64,000 nt of DNA from an uncultured delta proteobacterium (GTDB lineage Bacteria; Myxococcota_A; UBA9160; UBA4427), in assembly GCA_963822965.1 (NCBI GenBank), contig CAWGJT010000006.1:448001-512000 (forward strand), written 5' to 3'. This document shows, piece after piece, positions 9,571-20,199 of this stretch. Each line of letters opens with the position of its first letter. The stretch's first letter is position 1. The position numbers and the translations under genes were made by a program. Below the pieces are notes generated by a model that saw only the letters and a list, made by a program, of their open reading frames with translations, was not told where the DNA came from and searched no databases.

Positions 9571-10779
9571 ATGGATCTGCGATACAGCGACGAGCACGAG
9601 CGCTTCCGCGCCGAGGTGCGCGAGTTCCTCCGGAGCTGGCCCCTGTCCGGCGAGGAGGCGAAGCTCCCGCGCGAGCGGCAGGAGGCGCTGTTCCGGCGGC
9701 GCGCGATCGAGCGCGGATACGTGTATCGCGACATTCCCGCCGCGTACGGCGGAGGCGGCCAGGAGCCCGACGTGCTGAAGGACGCGATCTGCCGCGACGA
9801 ATTCCACGCGGCGGGCGCGCCCGGCGCCCAGCCCACCCAGGGACCGGCGATGCTGGCCCCCACCCTGATCGAGTTCGGCAGCGAGCAGCAGAAGCGCCGC
9901 TTCGTCCCGCCCACTCTCGCGGGCGACCTGGTCTGGTGTCAGGGGTACAGCGAGCCGGGCTCCGGCAGCGATCTCGCGTCCCTGCAGTGCCAGGCGGTGC
10001 TCGAGGGTGACGAGTGGGTGATCAACGGGCAGAAGATCTGGACCAGCAACGCCCAGGAAGCGCAGTACCTCTTCGGGCTCTTCCGCACGGAGCCCGACGC
10101 TGCCAAGCACAAGGGCATCAGCTACCTGCTGGTGCCCCTGGACCAGCCCGGGATCGAGATCCGGCCGCTCAAGCAGCTGACCGGCGGGATGGACTTCAAC
10201 GAGGTCTTCTTCCAGGACGCGCGCACGCCGGCCGACCACCTGGTGGGCGAGCGCGGCCAGGGCTGGCAGGTCTCTCGCGCCACCCTGAAGCACGAGCGGA
10301 ACCTGATCGCGAACCCGAACATGATGCGCGAGCACTTCGACGCCCTGGTGGAGCTGGCGCGGAGCCGGCGGCGGGGTGGCCGGCCCGCCATCGAAGACCC
10401 GGGCGTCCGCCAGCGCCTGGCGGCGATCGAGTGCCGCGTGCGCACCAACGAGACCTCGAGCCTGCGTCAGCTCTCCGCCGCCGCCCACGGCGAGGAGCTC
10501 GAGTGCATCCTCCCGATGATGATGAACAAGCTCTACTCGACGGACGTCATGCAGGAGCTGATGACGCTCGCCTACGACCTGTTGGGCTCGGACGGCCTGC
10601 TGGCGCCCTCTGCGGAGGACCTGGCCGGCTACCGCCGGGGCGAGGGCCCGACCGGCTGGGTCGAGCAGTACGTGTTCAGCCTCGGCCCCGCGATCGCCGG
10701 GGGTGCCACGAACATCCAGCTCAACATCATCGGCGAACGCGGCTACGGTCTGCCGCGAGACCTGCGTCCCGGCAAGTAG
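9571..10779 (+). CDS. Acyl-CoA dehydrogenase
   Basis: WCQGYSEPGSGSDLASL, INGQKIWTS, FNEVFF, LKHER, IAGGATNIQLNIIGER. Confidence 0.93.
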   Translation: MDLRYSDEHERFRAEVREFLRSWPLSGEEAKLPRERQEALFRRRAIERGYVYRDIPAAYGGGGQEPDVLKDAICRDEFHAAGAPGAQPTQGPAMLAPTLIEFGSEQQKRRFVPPTLAGDLVWCQGYSEPGSGSDLASLQCQAVLEGDEWVINGQKIWTSNAQEAQYLFGLFRTEPDAAKHKGISYLLVPLDQPGIEIRPLKQLTGGMDFNEVFFQDARTPADHLVGERGQGWQVSRATLKHERNLIANPNMMREHFDALVELARSRRRGGRPAIEDPGVRQRLAAIECRVRTNETSSLRQLSAAAHGEELECILPMMMNKLYSTDVMQELMTLAYDLLGSDGLLAPSAEDLAGYRRGEGPTGWVEQYVFSLGPAIAGGATNIQLNIIGERGYGLPRDLRPGK

Positions 10780-10862
10780 CCGGCCGCGCGCCCGGAGAAG
10801 CCGTCACGTCCCCTCGCCGCCCGCACGCCCGAACGAGGCTCGCTTCCACAGCGCTCGGGCTC

Positions 10863-11822
10863 GTGCTGTTGCTCGCGCCGGCGGCGGGCTGCGGGCGGCC
10901 GCCGGACGCCACCCCGGCCGGGGCCGCGCCGCCCGCCACCGCCGACGCCCGAGCCGACGCCCAGGCGGGCGACCCCGAGAGCGCGGCCGGCTCGGCTCCG
11001 GAGCCCGGGCCGGGAAGCGTGCGGCTGCGGGTCGACGAGCACGGCCTCACCCTGGTGGCGAACGCCACCCCGCGGCGCCCATTGCTGGAGGAGCTGGCGG
11101 CCCGCCTCCATTTCGAGCTGGTGGCGAGCGACCTCGGCAACGAGCCCGTCAGCGCGCACGTGGAACGAGGCCGCCTCGAGGACGCGCTGCCGCAGCTGCT
11201 GGCCGACCGGAGCTACCGGGTGGACCACCGCTACGACGCCGTCACGCGCCGACACGAGGTCACGCGGCTCGAGGTGGCTCCGCGCGGTGCCGCCGTCTTC
11301 TCGGCGCCTCCGCCCGCCACGCCCGCCGGGGCGCCGGAGAAGCCCGACGCTTCCGGGGGACCCGGCCGGGACGCGGTCGCCGGGGTGGAGCGCGCAGACG
11401 CCGGCCCCGAGACCGCGCCGAGCGGCGACGGCGTCGACTGGAAGGCGCTGGTGCTCCGGCTCGACGACGCGGACGCCGAGGAACGCATCGACGCGCTGAA
11501 CGAGATCGACCCGGACGGCGACGGCCTGGCGCTCATCATCGACCGTCTCACCCGGGACCCGGATCCGCGCGTTCGCGCGGCGGCGGCGGAGAATCTCGAG
11601 GACGCAGATACCCTGGCCGGCGTCGACGCCCTGGTGCGCGCGCTCAGCGACCCGGACAAGCAGGTGGTGCTGGCGGCCATCGACGCGCTCGAGTTCACCG
11701 AGGACTACACGGTGGTGGAGAACCTGCTTCCGCTGCTGAACCACCCGGATCCCGAGATCCGCGAGGTCACCCGCGACGCCATCTGCTTCATCGGGAGCTG
11801 TCCCGACGAGGACGACGACTAG
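10863..11822 (+). CDS. Putative lipoprotein with C-terminal HEAT repeats
   Basis: Lipobox-like AAGC; repeats DPDPRVRAAAA.., DPDKQVVLAAIDAL and HPDPEIR. Start codon uncertain. Confidence 0.7.
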   Translation: MLLLAPAAGCGRPPDATPAGAAPPATADARADAQAGDPESAAGSAPEPGPGSVRLRVDEHGLTLVANATPRRPLLEELAARLHFELVASDLGNEPVSAHVERGRLEDALPQLLADRSYRVDHRYDAVTRRHEVTRLEVAPRGAAVFSAPPPATPAGAPEKPDASGGPGRDAVAGVERADAGPETAPSGDGVDWKALVLRLDDADAEERIDALNEIDPDGDGLALIIDRLTRDPDPRVRAAAAENLEDADTLAGVDALVRALSDPDKQVVLAAIDALEFTEDYTVVENLLPLLNHPDPEIREVTRDAICFIGSCPDEDDD

Positions 11823-11875
11823 CAGACGAATCTGCAGGATTCGTTTGCGTCGCGCCGATCCATCCTGGGTCGGCT
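11822..11875. terminator. Double hairpin between convergent genes
   Basis: GCAGACGAATC-tgcag-GATTCGTTTGC followed by GCCGATCCA-tcc-TGGGTCGGC. Confidence 0.5.
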
Positions 11876-11904
11876 TGGCAGGAGCAGGCCGACCGCGCCC
11901 GGGC

Positions 11905-13602
11905 TCAGCCGCCGGACTTCGCCGCCACCTTGGCCCAGGTGTCGCGCAGCGTGATGGTGCGGTTGAAGACCAGCGCGCCGGGGGCGCTGTCCGGGTCGAC
12001 GCAGAAGTAGCCCAGCCGCTCGAACTGGAAGCGGTCTCCCGCCCGCGCCTCCGCGAGGCTGGCCTCGACAAAGCAGCCCGTGCGCACGACGCGCGATTCG
12101 GGGTTCAGGAAGGCCGTGAAGTCCTTGCCCTCGGGCGTGTCCTCGGGATGCTCCTCGGTGAAGAGCCGGTCGAAGAGGCGCACCTCGGCCCGGAGCGCGT
12201 GCCGCGCGGACACCCAGTGGAGGGTGCCCTTCACCTTGCGCCCGTCCGGCGCGTCCCCGCCCCGGGTCGCCGAGTCGTAGCGACAGCGCAGGCGCGTCAC
12301 CGCGCCGTCGGCGTCCTTCTCGACGCCCGTGCAGGTGACGAGATAGGCCCCCCGCAGCCGCACCTCGCGACCGGGCGCCAGGCGGAAGAACTTGGCCGGT
12401 GGGTCCTCGAGGAAGTCCTCCCGCTCGATGTAGACCGTGCGGGAGAACGGAACCTGCCGGAATCCCCGAGATTCGTCGCGCGGGTTCACCGGCAACGGGA
12501 ACTCCTCGACGGTCTCCTCGGGATAGTTCTCGATCACCACCTCGAGGGGGTCGAGAACGCCCATCACCCGGGGCGTGCTCTCGTTCAGATCCTCGCGGAT
12601 GTGGTACTCGAGCCGCGACAGCTCGATCACGCTCTCCCGCCGCACGACCCCCACCGAGCGCACCAGGGCGTGCAGCGACTCGGGCATGACGCCGCGACGG
12701 CGCAGGGCCGCCAGGGTCGGCATGCGCGGGTCGTCCCACCCGTCGACGATCCCCTCCTCGACCAGGCGTCGCAGCTTTCGCTTGCTCGTGATGGTGTGGG
12801 TGAGCTCGAGGCGCGCGAACTCGATCTGTCGCGGCGTCGAGGGGGTGTCGAGCTGCGCGATGATCCAGTCGTAGAGCGGCCGGTGGTCGATGAACTCCGC
12901 CGAGCACAGGGAGTGGGTGATCCCTTCGATGGCGTCCGAGAGACAGTGCGCGAAGTCGTACATCGGGTAGATGCACCAGGTGTCGCCGGTCCGATGGTGC
13001 GGGGTCTTCTGGATGCGGTAGAGGATGGGGTCGCGCATCGTGAGCACCGGCGAGCTCATGTCGATCTTGGCACGCAGCACCCGGGAGCCGTTCTCGAACG
13101 CCCCGGCCTTCATGCGCTCGAAGAGGTCGCGGTTCTCGGCCACCGACCGGTTCCGGTACGGGCTCTCGATGCCGGGCTCGGTGAGGCTGCCGTTGTGGGC
13201 GCGGATCTCGTCCGGGCTGAGATCGCACACGAAGGCCTTGCCCCGATCGATCAGGTCCAGCGCCCAGCGATAGAGCCTCTCGAAGTAGTCCGACGCGAAG
13301 AAGAGGTTCTCGCCCCAGTCGCAGCCGAGCCAGCGGATGTCCCGCTGGATGCCCTCGACGTACTGGGTCTCCTCGGTGGCGGGGTTCGTGTCGTCGAAGC
13401 GCAGGTGGAACACGCCGCCGAACTCCGCCGCGAGGTCGTAGTTGACGAGGATCGCCTTGGCGTGACCGATGTGGAGATAGCCGTTCGGCTCCGGAGGAAA
13501 GCGCGTGACCGGCCGGGCGTGCTTGCCGGATTCGAGGTCGGCGACCACGATGTCGCGGATGAAGTTGCTCGGCGGGGCGGCCTCTTTCCCGGGCGTGGAC
13601 AC
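11905..13602 (-). CDS. glnS: Glutamine--tRNA ligase
   Basis: [54 protein letters not shown]. Confidence 0.97.
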   Translation of the reverse strand: MSTPGKEAAPPSNFIRDIVVADLESGKHARPVTRFPPEPNGYLHIGHAKAILVNYDLAAEFGGVFHLRFDDTNPATEETQYVEGIQRDIRWLGCDWGENLFFASDYFERLYRWALDLIDRGKAFVCDLSPDEIRAHNGSLTEPGIESPYRNRSVAENRDLFERMKAGAFENGSRVLRAKIDMSSPVLTMRDPILYRIQKTPHHRTGDTWCIYPMYDFAHCLSDAIEGITHSLCSAEFIDHRPLYDWIIAQLDTPSTPRQIEFARLELTHTITSKRKLRRLVEEGIVDGWDDPRMPTLAALRRRGVMPESLHALVRSVGVVRRESVIELSRLEYHIREDLNESTPRVMGVLDPLEVVIENYPEETVEEFPLPVNPRDESRGFRQVPFSRTVYIEREDFLEDPPAKFFRLAPGREVRLRGAYLVTCTGVEKDADGAVTRLRCRYDSATRGGDAPDGRKVKGTLHWVSARHALRAEVRLFDRLFTEEHPEDTPEGKDFTAFLNPESRVVRTGCFVEASLAEARAGDRFQFERLGYFCVDPDSAPGALVFNRTITLRDTWAKVAAKSGG

Positions 13603-13724
13603 GATGCTTCTTCCTTGGGAGCGCCGGCTGGGGAGCCCTGGCGGGCCGCCGATTGTATCGGCCCCGGAAGCGATCGCCCACGCGGCGGGCCGACACGGGA
13701 GATCCGGGTCGCTAGCATCGCCCC

Positions 13725-14507
13725 ATGAGTGACATCCTCCTCGAGATCGACGGCCCCGTCGCCACCCTCACGCTGAACCGGCCGACGGCCGCCAACGCCC
13801 TGACCCTCCCCATGTGCCGGGAGCTGATGCAGGCCGCGATCCGATGCGACGAGGACCCGGCCGTGCGGGCCATCGTCCTGACCGGCGCGGGCAGGCTCTT
13901 CTGCGCCGGGGGCGACCTCCAGAGCTTCGCCGAGCTTGGGGACGGCATCGGCGCGGGCCTGAAGGAGATGACCGCCTACCTGCACGCGGCGATCTCCCGG
14001 CTGGCCCGGGGCGAGGCGCCGGTGGTGGTGGCGGTGAACGGCGCAGCCGCGGGCGCCGGCATGAGCCTGGCGGCGGCCGGCGACCTGGTGATCGCGTGCG
14101 AGTCCGCGAAGTTCACCATGGCCTACACGGCCGCGGGCCTCTCCCCGGACGGCAGCTCCACCTGGTTCCTGCCCCGCCTGATCGGCCTGCGCCGCACCCA
14201 GGAGCTGATGCTCACGAATCGGAGGCTGTCGGCCGACGAAGCCCTGGCCTGGGGACTCGTGAACCGCGTCGTGCCCGACGGCGAGGCCGGGAAGCAGGCC
14301 GGCGAGCTGGCACGCCAGCTCGCCGAAGGCCCGACCGGGGCCTTCGGCGTCGTGAAGAAGCTGCTCGTCTCCGGCTTCGACGAGAGCCTGGAGACCCAGA
14401 TGGAGCACGAGGCCGCCGGCATCGCCGGCTGCGCGGGCACCGCCGACGGCCAGGAGGGGATCCGCGCCTTCCTGGAGAAGCGCCCGGCCGCATTCAGCGG
14501 TCGCTAG
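13725..14507 (+). CDS. Enoyl-CoA hydratase/isomerase (PaaG-like crotonase)
   Basis: [36 protein letters not shown]. Confidence 0.9.
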   Translation: MSDILLEIDGPVATLTLNRPTAANALTLPMCRELMQAAIRCDEDPAVRAIVLTGAGRLFCAGGDLQSFAELGDGIGAGLKEMTAYLHAAISRLARGEAPVVVAVNGAAAGAGMSLAAAGDLVIACESAKFTMAYTAAGLSPDGSSTWFLPRLIGLRRTQELMLTNRRLSADEALAWGLVNRVVPDGEAGKQAGELARQLAEGPTGAFGVVKKLLVSGFDESLETQMEHEAAGIAGCAGTADGQEGIRAFLEKRPAAFSGR

Positions 14508-14576
14508 CAACCGCGACCCGGGACTTCGTCGTCACGGTTGCGCCGCAAAGGAAGCCCGACGGACTCCCTCGGCCAG
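14508..14576 (-). repeat. Dispersed palindromic repeat, family A, copy 1
   Basis: Reverse complement (CTGGCCGAGGGAGTCCGTCGGGCTTCCTTTGCGGCGCAACCG...) matches the sequences at 17737 and 58088. Confidence 0.75.
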
Positions 14577-14595
14577 CAGGCCGACCGGGGATTCG

Positions 14596-15237
14596 TCAGC
14601 TCGCGGACTCCCCGGCGGCGAGCCCGACCCACCGCCGCCAGTAGCGGTGGATGATCCAGCCCTGTCCGGCGAGGATCACGTTGGCCAGGGCCACGCACAC
14701 CAGTGCCGTCCATCCGCCCGGGCCCAGGCGATGGACGACCCCCCCGAGGCCCGCGATGCCCGCCACGAACGCGAAGGGCACCAGCGACTCCAGGCCTCCG
14801 GGCTCGCGAAACGCCTCGACCACCGCCGCGTTCTCCGGATCGCGCATTCCCGCCGCCAGCATGGACGCCGAGACCCAGCTCGAGACCGCGAAGACCGCGG
14901 CCAGCACGTAGAACCAGTACGGCAACAGCCCGGGACGCATCAGCTCGATCACCACGAGCTCGAGACCGCCCAGCACGAAGGGCGCCACCGAGTCGCGGGT
15001 CGACGGGACCCAGCTGAAGCGCATCACCATGCCCGTGTAGAAGAGCCAGACGACGACGATCCCCTGCAGGACCGCCGCCACCTGCAGCCAGCCGACCCAG
15101 GCGTCGAGCCCCCCCTCGAAGAGGTGGGCGCTCTCGCGGGCCTGGGTCCACACGGCCTCGAGCGCCAGGGCCTGCACGATGCTGACGAGCGTGACGAGAA
15201 CCGTGGGCAGGAGCTCCCGGGCGCGAACGTCTCGCAC
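14596..15237 (-). CDS. Hypothetical integral membrane protein
   Basis: Six to seven hydrophobic segments; starts just after the TPR gene stop. Confidence 0.7.
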   Translation of the reverse strand: MRDVRARELLPTVLVTLVSIVQALALEAVWTQARESAHLFEGGLDAWVGWLQVAAVLQGIVVVWLFYTGMVMRFSWVPSTRDSVAPFVLGGLELVVIELMRPGLLPYWFYVLAAVFAVSSWVSASMLAAGMRDPENAAVVEAFREPGGLESLVPFAFVAGIAGLGGVVHRLGPGGWTALVCVALANVILAGQGWIIHRYWRRWVGLAAGESAS

Positions 15238-15244
15238 GGCGGTC

Positions 15245-15985
15245 TCAGCGGCGGCGCGGCTTCTGACGGAACCCCTTGCGTCCCGCCATCGCCTGCTGTC
15301 CCTGGCGCATGGCCGCCGGCAGCTTCTCGAACTGGAGGCCGTACCAGCTCATGCCGAACTTCTTCATGTTCATCTTCTTGCCGTTCTGGACACGCTGCAG
15401 GTTGTCCTTCGTGGTCTCGTTGTCCTTCTCGACCTTGAGACAGCGCAGGAGCTGCGCGATGGCGCCGTCCCGATCGCCTTCCTTCCAGAGCAGCCAGGCG
15501 TAGACGTTGTAGAGGATGATCTGCTTCTTGTTGTACCGGATGGCGGTCTCGAGGACCTGCTTGGCCTGGTCCAGCTCGCGGCGCCGGAAGTGGAGGCTCG
15601 CGAGGAAGAGCTGCGCGTCGGAGAGACGCGGGCTGGCCTTCTCGAGATACTCGAGGGCCCGGGCGTCGTCGCCCAGGGTGAAGCACAGCGAGCCCATCTG
15701 CGCGTAGAGCTGTCCCCGCAGCAGGATCTGCCAGCGCGAGAGGGGCAGCAGCTCCTCCAATGACCGCAGCGCGAGCTTGGCGTTGCCGCCCTGGATCTGC
15801 CGCTGGATCTGCTCGAAGCGGGGCTCGATGCGCTTCGCCAGCCGGCGGGAGAGGATCGCGAAGGTCGCCACGGAGACCACGACGCCGAGCACGATGCCGA
15901 ACGCCCACGTCTTCCACAGGCCGAGCGCGGTCCAGATCGCACCGGCGACGAGACCGACTCCCAATGCAACGAGGATGTTGTACAC
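15245..15985 (-). CDS. Membrane-anchored tetratricopeptide repeat protein
   Basis: Two N-terminal TM segments, then TPR-like helices (LYAQMG..., ARALEYLEKA, AIAQLLRCL). GTG start inferred. Confidence 0.8.
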   Translation of the reverse strand: MYNILVALGVGLVAGAIWTALGLWKTWAFGIVLGVVVSVATFAILSRRLAKRIEPRFEQIQRQIQGGNAKLALRSLEELLPLSRWQILLRGQLYAQMGSLCFTLGDDARALEYLEKASPRLSDAQLFLASLHFRRRELDQAKQVLETAIRYNKKQIILYNVYAWLLWKEGDRDGAIAQLLRCLKVEKDNETTKDNLQRVQNGKKMNMKKFGMSWYGLQFEKLPAAMRQGQQAMAGRKGFRQKPRRR

Positions 15986-16140
15986 GTCGTGCTTCGTCCC
16001 GTTCTGGCGCCGGATCCCGTCGGGCTTCCCGGAGCCCCGAGCGACCCGCGGGCCCGGACGGGCGGACCCGCTCCGGGCTGCGAGCTGCAGGTGCGGGTCG
16101 GATCCGGGCGGCGTGGCAATATAACGGGGGAGGCAGGCGG

Positions 16141-17160
16141 ATGCTCGTGGCACTAACCGGGGGAACCGGCTTCATCGGCTCGCACACGGTCCGGGGCCTG
16201 GTGGCCGCCAACCATCGGGTGCGGCTGCTCGTCCGGGATCGCCGCAAGCTCGAGCGCGTGTATGCGCCGCAGGGCATCGAGATCGAAGACGTCGTGGAAG
16301 GAGACGTCACCGACCCGGGCGCCGTCGACCGCCTGCTCGCCGGCTGCGACGCGGTCGTCCACGCAGCGGCGGTCGTCGCCCTCGAGGTGGCCCGCGCCGG
16401 GGAGGTGAGAGCCACCAACGAGCACGGCGTACGCCTCGTGGTGGGCGGCGCCGTCGAACGAGAGGTGCCGCGCATCCTCTACGTCTCGAGCGCGAGCGCG
16501 TTGTTCACGCCGGGCGGCGGCCCGCTGACCGGCGACTCGCCCGTCGGCCTCACGGCCAGCGCGTACGGCGAGTCGAAGGCGGGCGGCGAGCGCTACGTGC
16601 GCGAGCTGCAGGAGCGCGGCGCCCCCATCCTCACCGTGTACCCGACGGCGGTGATCGGCCCCGACGACCCGAGCCTCACGGACCCCAACCGCGCCCTCGG
16701 CTTCTTCCTCGACTGGGGCGCGGTGGTGACGTCCACCGGCTATCAACCGATCGACGTCCGCGACCTGGCGCGGATGCACGTGGCCCTGCTCGAATCCGAC
16801 CTCGCCCAGGGACGCTACATGGCGACGGGGCCGTACTTCGCCTGGGACGATCTCTACACCCACATCGAGCGGCTCATCGGGAGGCGCCTGCGGCGCTGGC
16901 CCGCACCGGGCGCCCTGCTCCGCGGCCTCGGCCGCGCGGCGGACGTCGTGAAGCACGTGCTTCCCTTCGAGCTTCCCCTCACCCTCGAGGGCATGCTCTT
17001 CGCGACCCGTTGGCCCACCGCCGACGGCACGCCGGCCGAGCGCGACCTGGGAATCCGCTTCCGCAGCATCGAGGAGACCCTGGCCGACACCTACCGCTGG
17101 ATGTGCGCGGCCGGGCACCTCCGCTCCGAGCAGATCGGCGACCTCGCCGTCGACGGATGA
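16141..17160 (+). CDS. NAD-dependent epimerase/dehydratase (extended SDR)
   Basis: TGGTGFIG, VVHAAA, YVSS, YGESK, IDVRDLA; GGAGG upstream. Confidence 0.9.
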   Translation: MLVALTGGTGFIGSHTVRGLVAANHRVRLLVRDRRKLERVYAPQGIEIEDVVEGDVTDPGAVDRLLAGCDAVVHAAAVVALEVARAGEVRATNEHGVRLVVGGAVEREVPRILYVSSASALFTPGGGPLTGDSPVGLTASAYGESKAGGERYVRELQERGAPILTVYPTAVIGPDDPSLTDPNRALGFFLDWGAVVTSTGYQPIDVRDLARMHVALLESDLAQGRYMATGPYFAWDDLYTHIERLIGRRLRRWPAPGALLRGLGRAADVVKHVLPFELPLTLEGMLFATRWPTADGTPAERDLGIRFRSIEETLADTYRWMCAAGHLRSEQIGDLAVDG

Positions 17161-17230
17161 TCCACGGCGGCGGCGCCTGGCCCCGTTGCAATGCGGCCTC
17201 GCCCGAGCACCCCCGACCGGAGGAACCACG

Positions 17231-17740
17231 ATGCCCGTCCCGCGCCTCCTCGCTCCGGCGGGCGCCCTGCTCTGCGCGCTCGTGCTGCTGGCGTTCGCCC
17301 CGCGGCCGGCACGCGCGGCGCCCGTGGCGTTCGTGGGTGCCGAGATCCGCACCGTCTCCCGGGGCACCCTGGAGGACGGGGTCCTGATCTTCGAGAACGG
17401 CCGCATCACCGCCGTGGGACCGCGTGGGGAGGTCGAAGTGCCGCCCGGCGCCCGGGTCCACGAGCTCGGCGGAAGGATCGTCGTCCCCGGGCTCGTCGAC
17501 ACCCACTCCCACATCGGCATCTATCCGCGACCGGCGGTCCCCGCCCACGCCGACGGAAACGACGTGTCGGCGCCGGGCGATCACCCTCGGTCCCGCGCAG
17601 ATGCTGGGGATCGCGGACGACTACGGCTCCGTCGAGACCGGCAAGGTGGCGGATCTCGTCCTCTTCGACGGGGACCCTTCGAGTACACGAGCCACGTCAC
17701 GGCGGTGATCGCGGGAGGCGACGTGGTCTTCGAGCGCTAG
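17231..17740 (+). pseudogene. Secreted amidohydrolase with a large internal deletion and frameshifts
   Basis: Signal peptide and PGLVDTHSH N-terminus are joined at about 17576 directly to C-terminal motifs in another frame (AITLGPAQMLG..YGSVETGKVADLVLFDGDP); a second shift near 17676 gives FEYTSHV. Confidence 0.8.
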
Positions 17741-17815
17741 CCGAGGCAGCCCGTCGGGCTCCTTTGCGGCGGAACCGCGACCCAGGACTTTCGTCTTGGA
17801 TCCCGCTCCCAGCCC
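17737..17815 (+). repeat. Dispersed palindromic repeat, family A, copy 2
   Basis: CTAGCCGAGGCAGCCCGTCGGGCTCCTTTGCGGCGGAACCGCGACCC... Confidence 0.75.
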
Positions 17816-17862
17816 GCGTACCTTCCTCCCGTCCGATCCGAAGCCGATCCGAGGAGGTCTCC

Positions 17863-19042
17863 ATGTCCGCCGCCCCTGCTTCCGCCCCGGAGACGTCCGT
17901 CGCCCGGGACTACCCCGTCATCTCCGCCGATTCGCACATCACCGAGCCGGCGAACACCTACCGGGACCACATCGACGCGAAGTGGCGGGACAAGGCACCC
18001 GCGCTCGAGAACTTCGGCGAGGCCGGCGACCTGTTCGTCATCGACGGCATGAGCAAGCCCGTTCCGATGGGGCTCGTGGCCGCCGCCGGCAAGCCCGCCG
18101 AGGAGATCCGGGTCACCGGGGTCCGCTTCGAGGACATGCACGCGGGCGGCTGGGATCCGGACGCGCGCATGGCCGACCAGGACCGGGACGGCGTCGCCTG
18201 CGAGGTCATCTACCCCACCGTCGGCATGGTGCTCTGCAACCACAAGGACTTCGACTACAAGCAGGCCTGCTTCGACGCCTACAACCGCTGGATCGCCGGG
18301 TACTGCGAGGCCCACCCCGAACGGCTGCTCGGGATGCGGCCAGACGGCCATGCGGACGCCCGAAGACGGCATGGCCGACCTGGAATCGATCCGCGAGCTC
18401 GGGCTCCGGGGCGTGATGATGCCGGGCAACCCCGGCGTGGAGGACTACGACTCCACCGCCTACGACGCCTTCTGGGAGAAGGCGATCGAGCTGGGGCTTC
18501 CGCTCTCCTTCCACATCCTCACCACCCGCGACACGAGCCCGGTGCGGGGGCCGAAGATGAACGGCTTCCTGTCCATCATCCGGGGCTGCCAGGACATCAT
18601 GGGCACGCTGATCCTGGGCGGCGTGTTCGAGCGGCACCCGGACCTACGGGTGGTGTGCGTCGAGGCCGACGCGGGCTGGGTCCCCCACTACATGTACCGC
18701 ATGGATCACGCCTACAAGCGGCACCGCAACTGGCTGCCGGCGGGCCAGAAGCTCTCCCGTCTGCCCTCCGAGTACTTCGCCGAGTGCATCTACACGACGT
18801 TCCAGGACGACTGGGTCGCCTTCCAGAGCGTGAACATGATGAACTGGAAGCGGCTGATGTGGGCCAACGACTTCCCCCACAGCGACTCCACCTGGCCGTG
18901 GTCGCAGCAGATGCTCGAAGAGCACGGACGACACCTGTCGGAGGAGCAGCGTCGCGGGATCCTGTGCGACAACGTCGCCGCGCTCTACGGCATCGACGTG
19001 ACGAAGCTCCAGGCTGCCCGACCGGGCGGAGCGCCGGGATGA
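17863..19042 (+). pseudogene. Amidohydrolase_2 family protein with one apparent +1 frameshift (pseudogene or sequencing error)
   Basis: ISADSHITEP...AYNRW...PERLLG in one frame; CGQTAMRTP...LSFHI...VEADAGW...WANDFPHSDSTWP in the next. One extra base near 18334. Confidence 0.8.
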
Positions 19043-20199
19043 GCGAGGCGATCGTACCCTTCCGCTGCGACGTGCCCGAGGGCGTGCTCGACGACCTGCG
19101 CGAACGCCTCGCGCGCACCCGCTTTCCCGACGAGGTGAACGACGCCGACTGGTCGTACGGGACCGACCTCGGCTACCTGAAGGAGCTGTGCACCTACTGG
19201 CGCGAGAAGTTCGACTGGCGCGCCCAGGAGGCGGCGCTCAACCGCTTCCCGAACTTCGTGACCGAGATCGACGGGCTCTCGCTCCACTTCCTGCACGCCC
19301 CCTCGCCCCGCCCGGATGCGATGCCCCTGGTCGTCACCCACGGCTGGCCGGGCTCGGTGTTCGAGTTCCTCGACATCATCGACCGGCTTCGCGACCCCGG
19401 AGCTCACGGCGCCGACCCGGGCGACGCGTTCCACGTGGTGTGCCCGTCGATTCCCGGCTACGGCTTCTCCGAAGCGGCCCACGCGCCCGGAATGCACCCG
19501 CTCCGGGTGTCGGAGACGATCGCCAAGCTCATGGCCCGGCTGGGCTACGCCCGCTATGGCGCCCAGGGCGGCGACTGGGGCTCGATGATCTCCCACGGCC
19601 TGGGGCTCGTGGACCCGGGGCACTGCGCGGGCATCCACGTCAACATGGTCGTCGCGGGTCCGCCCGCCGGCGCCGAGAACCCCCTGGAAGGCCTGAGCCC
19701 CGCGGAGCTGGAGAACCTCGCGGAAGCCCGGCGCATCCAGGACGAGGAGATGGGCTACTTCCGCGAGCAGAGCACGAAGCCCCAGACCCTCGGCGTGGGG
19801 CTCAACGATTCTCCCGCCGGGCTCGCGTCGTGGATCGTCGAGAAGTTCCGCACCTGGAGCGACTGCAACGGCGACGTCGAGTCGGTCTTCAGCAGGGACC
19901 GGCTCCTGGCGAACATCACCCTCTACTGGGTGACGGGCACGATCACCTCGTCGACCCGACTCTACCTGGAGTCGAGGCGGGCCGGGCTCGGTGTCGCGGA
20001 CCACGCCGTCCCCCTCGGCTGCGCGGTCTTTCCCCGGGAGCTGATCCGCTCGCCCCGGCGCTGGGTGGAGAGCCACTTCGACGTCCGACAGTGGACCGAG
20101 ATGCCGCGAGGCGGCCACTTCGCAGCCATGGAAACGCCCGACCTGCTCGCAGCGGACGTCCGCTCCTTCTTCCGACCGCTGCGCGCCGCGTCCGCCTGA
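19039..20199 (+). CDS. Epoxide hydrolase (microsomal-type alpha/beta hydrolase)
   Basis: N-terminal EHN domain, HGWPGS, QGGDWG nucleophile elbow, GGHFAAME. Confidence 0.93.
   Translation: MSEAIVPFRCDVPEGVLDDLRERLARTRFPDEVNDADWSYGTDLGYLKELCTYWREKFDWRAQEAALNRFPNFVTEIDGLSLHFLHAPSPRPDAMPLVVTHGWPGSVFEFLDIIDRLRDPGAHGADPGDAFHVVCPSIPGYGFSEAAHAPGMHPLRVSETIAKLMARLGYARYGAQGGDWGSMISHGLGLVDPGHCAGIHVNMVVAGPPAGAENPLEGLSPAELENLAEARRIQDEEMGYFREQSTKPQTLGVGLNDSPAGLASWIVEKFRTWSDCNGDVESVFSRDRLLANITLYWVTGTITSSTRLYLESRRAGLGVADHAVPLGCAVFPRELIRSPRRWVESHFDVRQWTEMPRGGHFAAMETPDLLAADVRSFFRPLRAASA

Noticed and set aside
17191..20199. 1002-aa apparent amidohydrolase-epoxide hydrolase fusion
   Set aside because: Produced by the frameshift near 18334. 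The middle is off-frame sequence, and the epoxide hydrolase has its own ATG overlapping the amidohydrolase stop.
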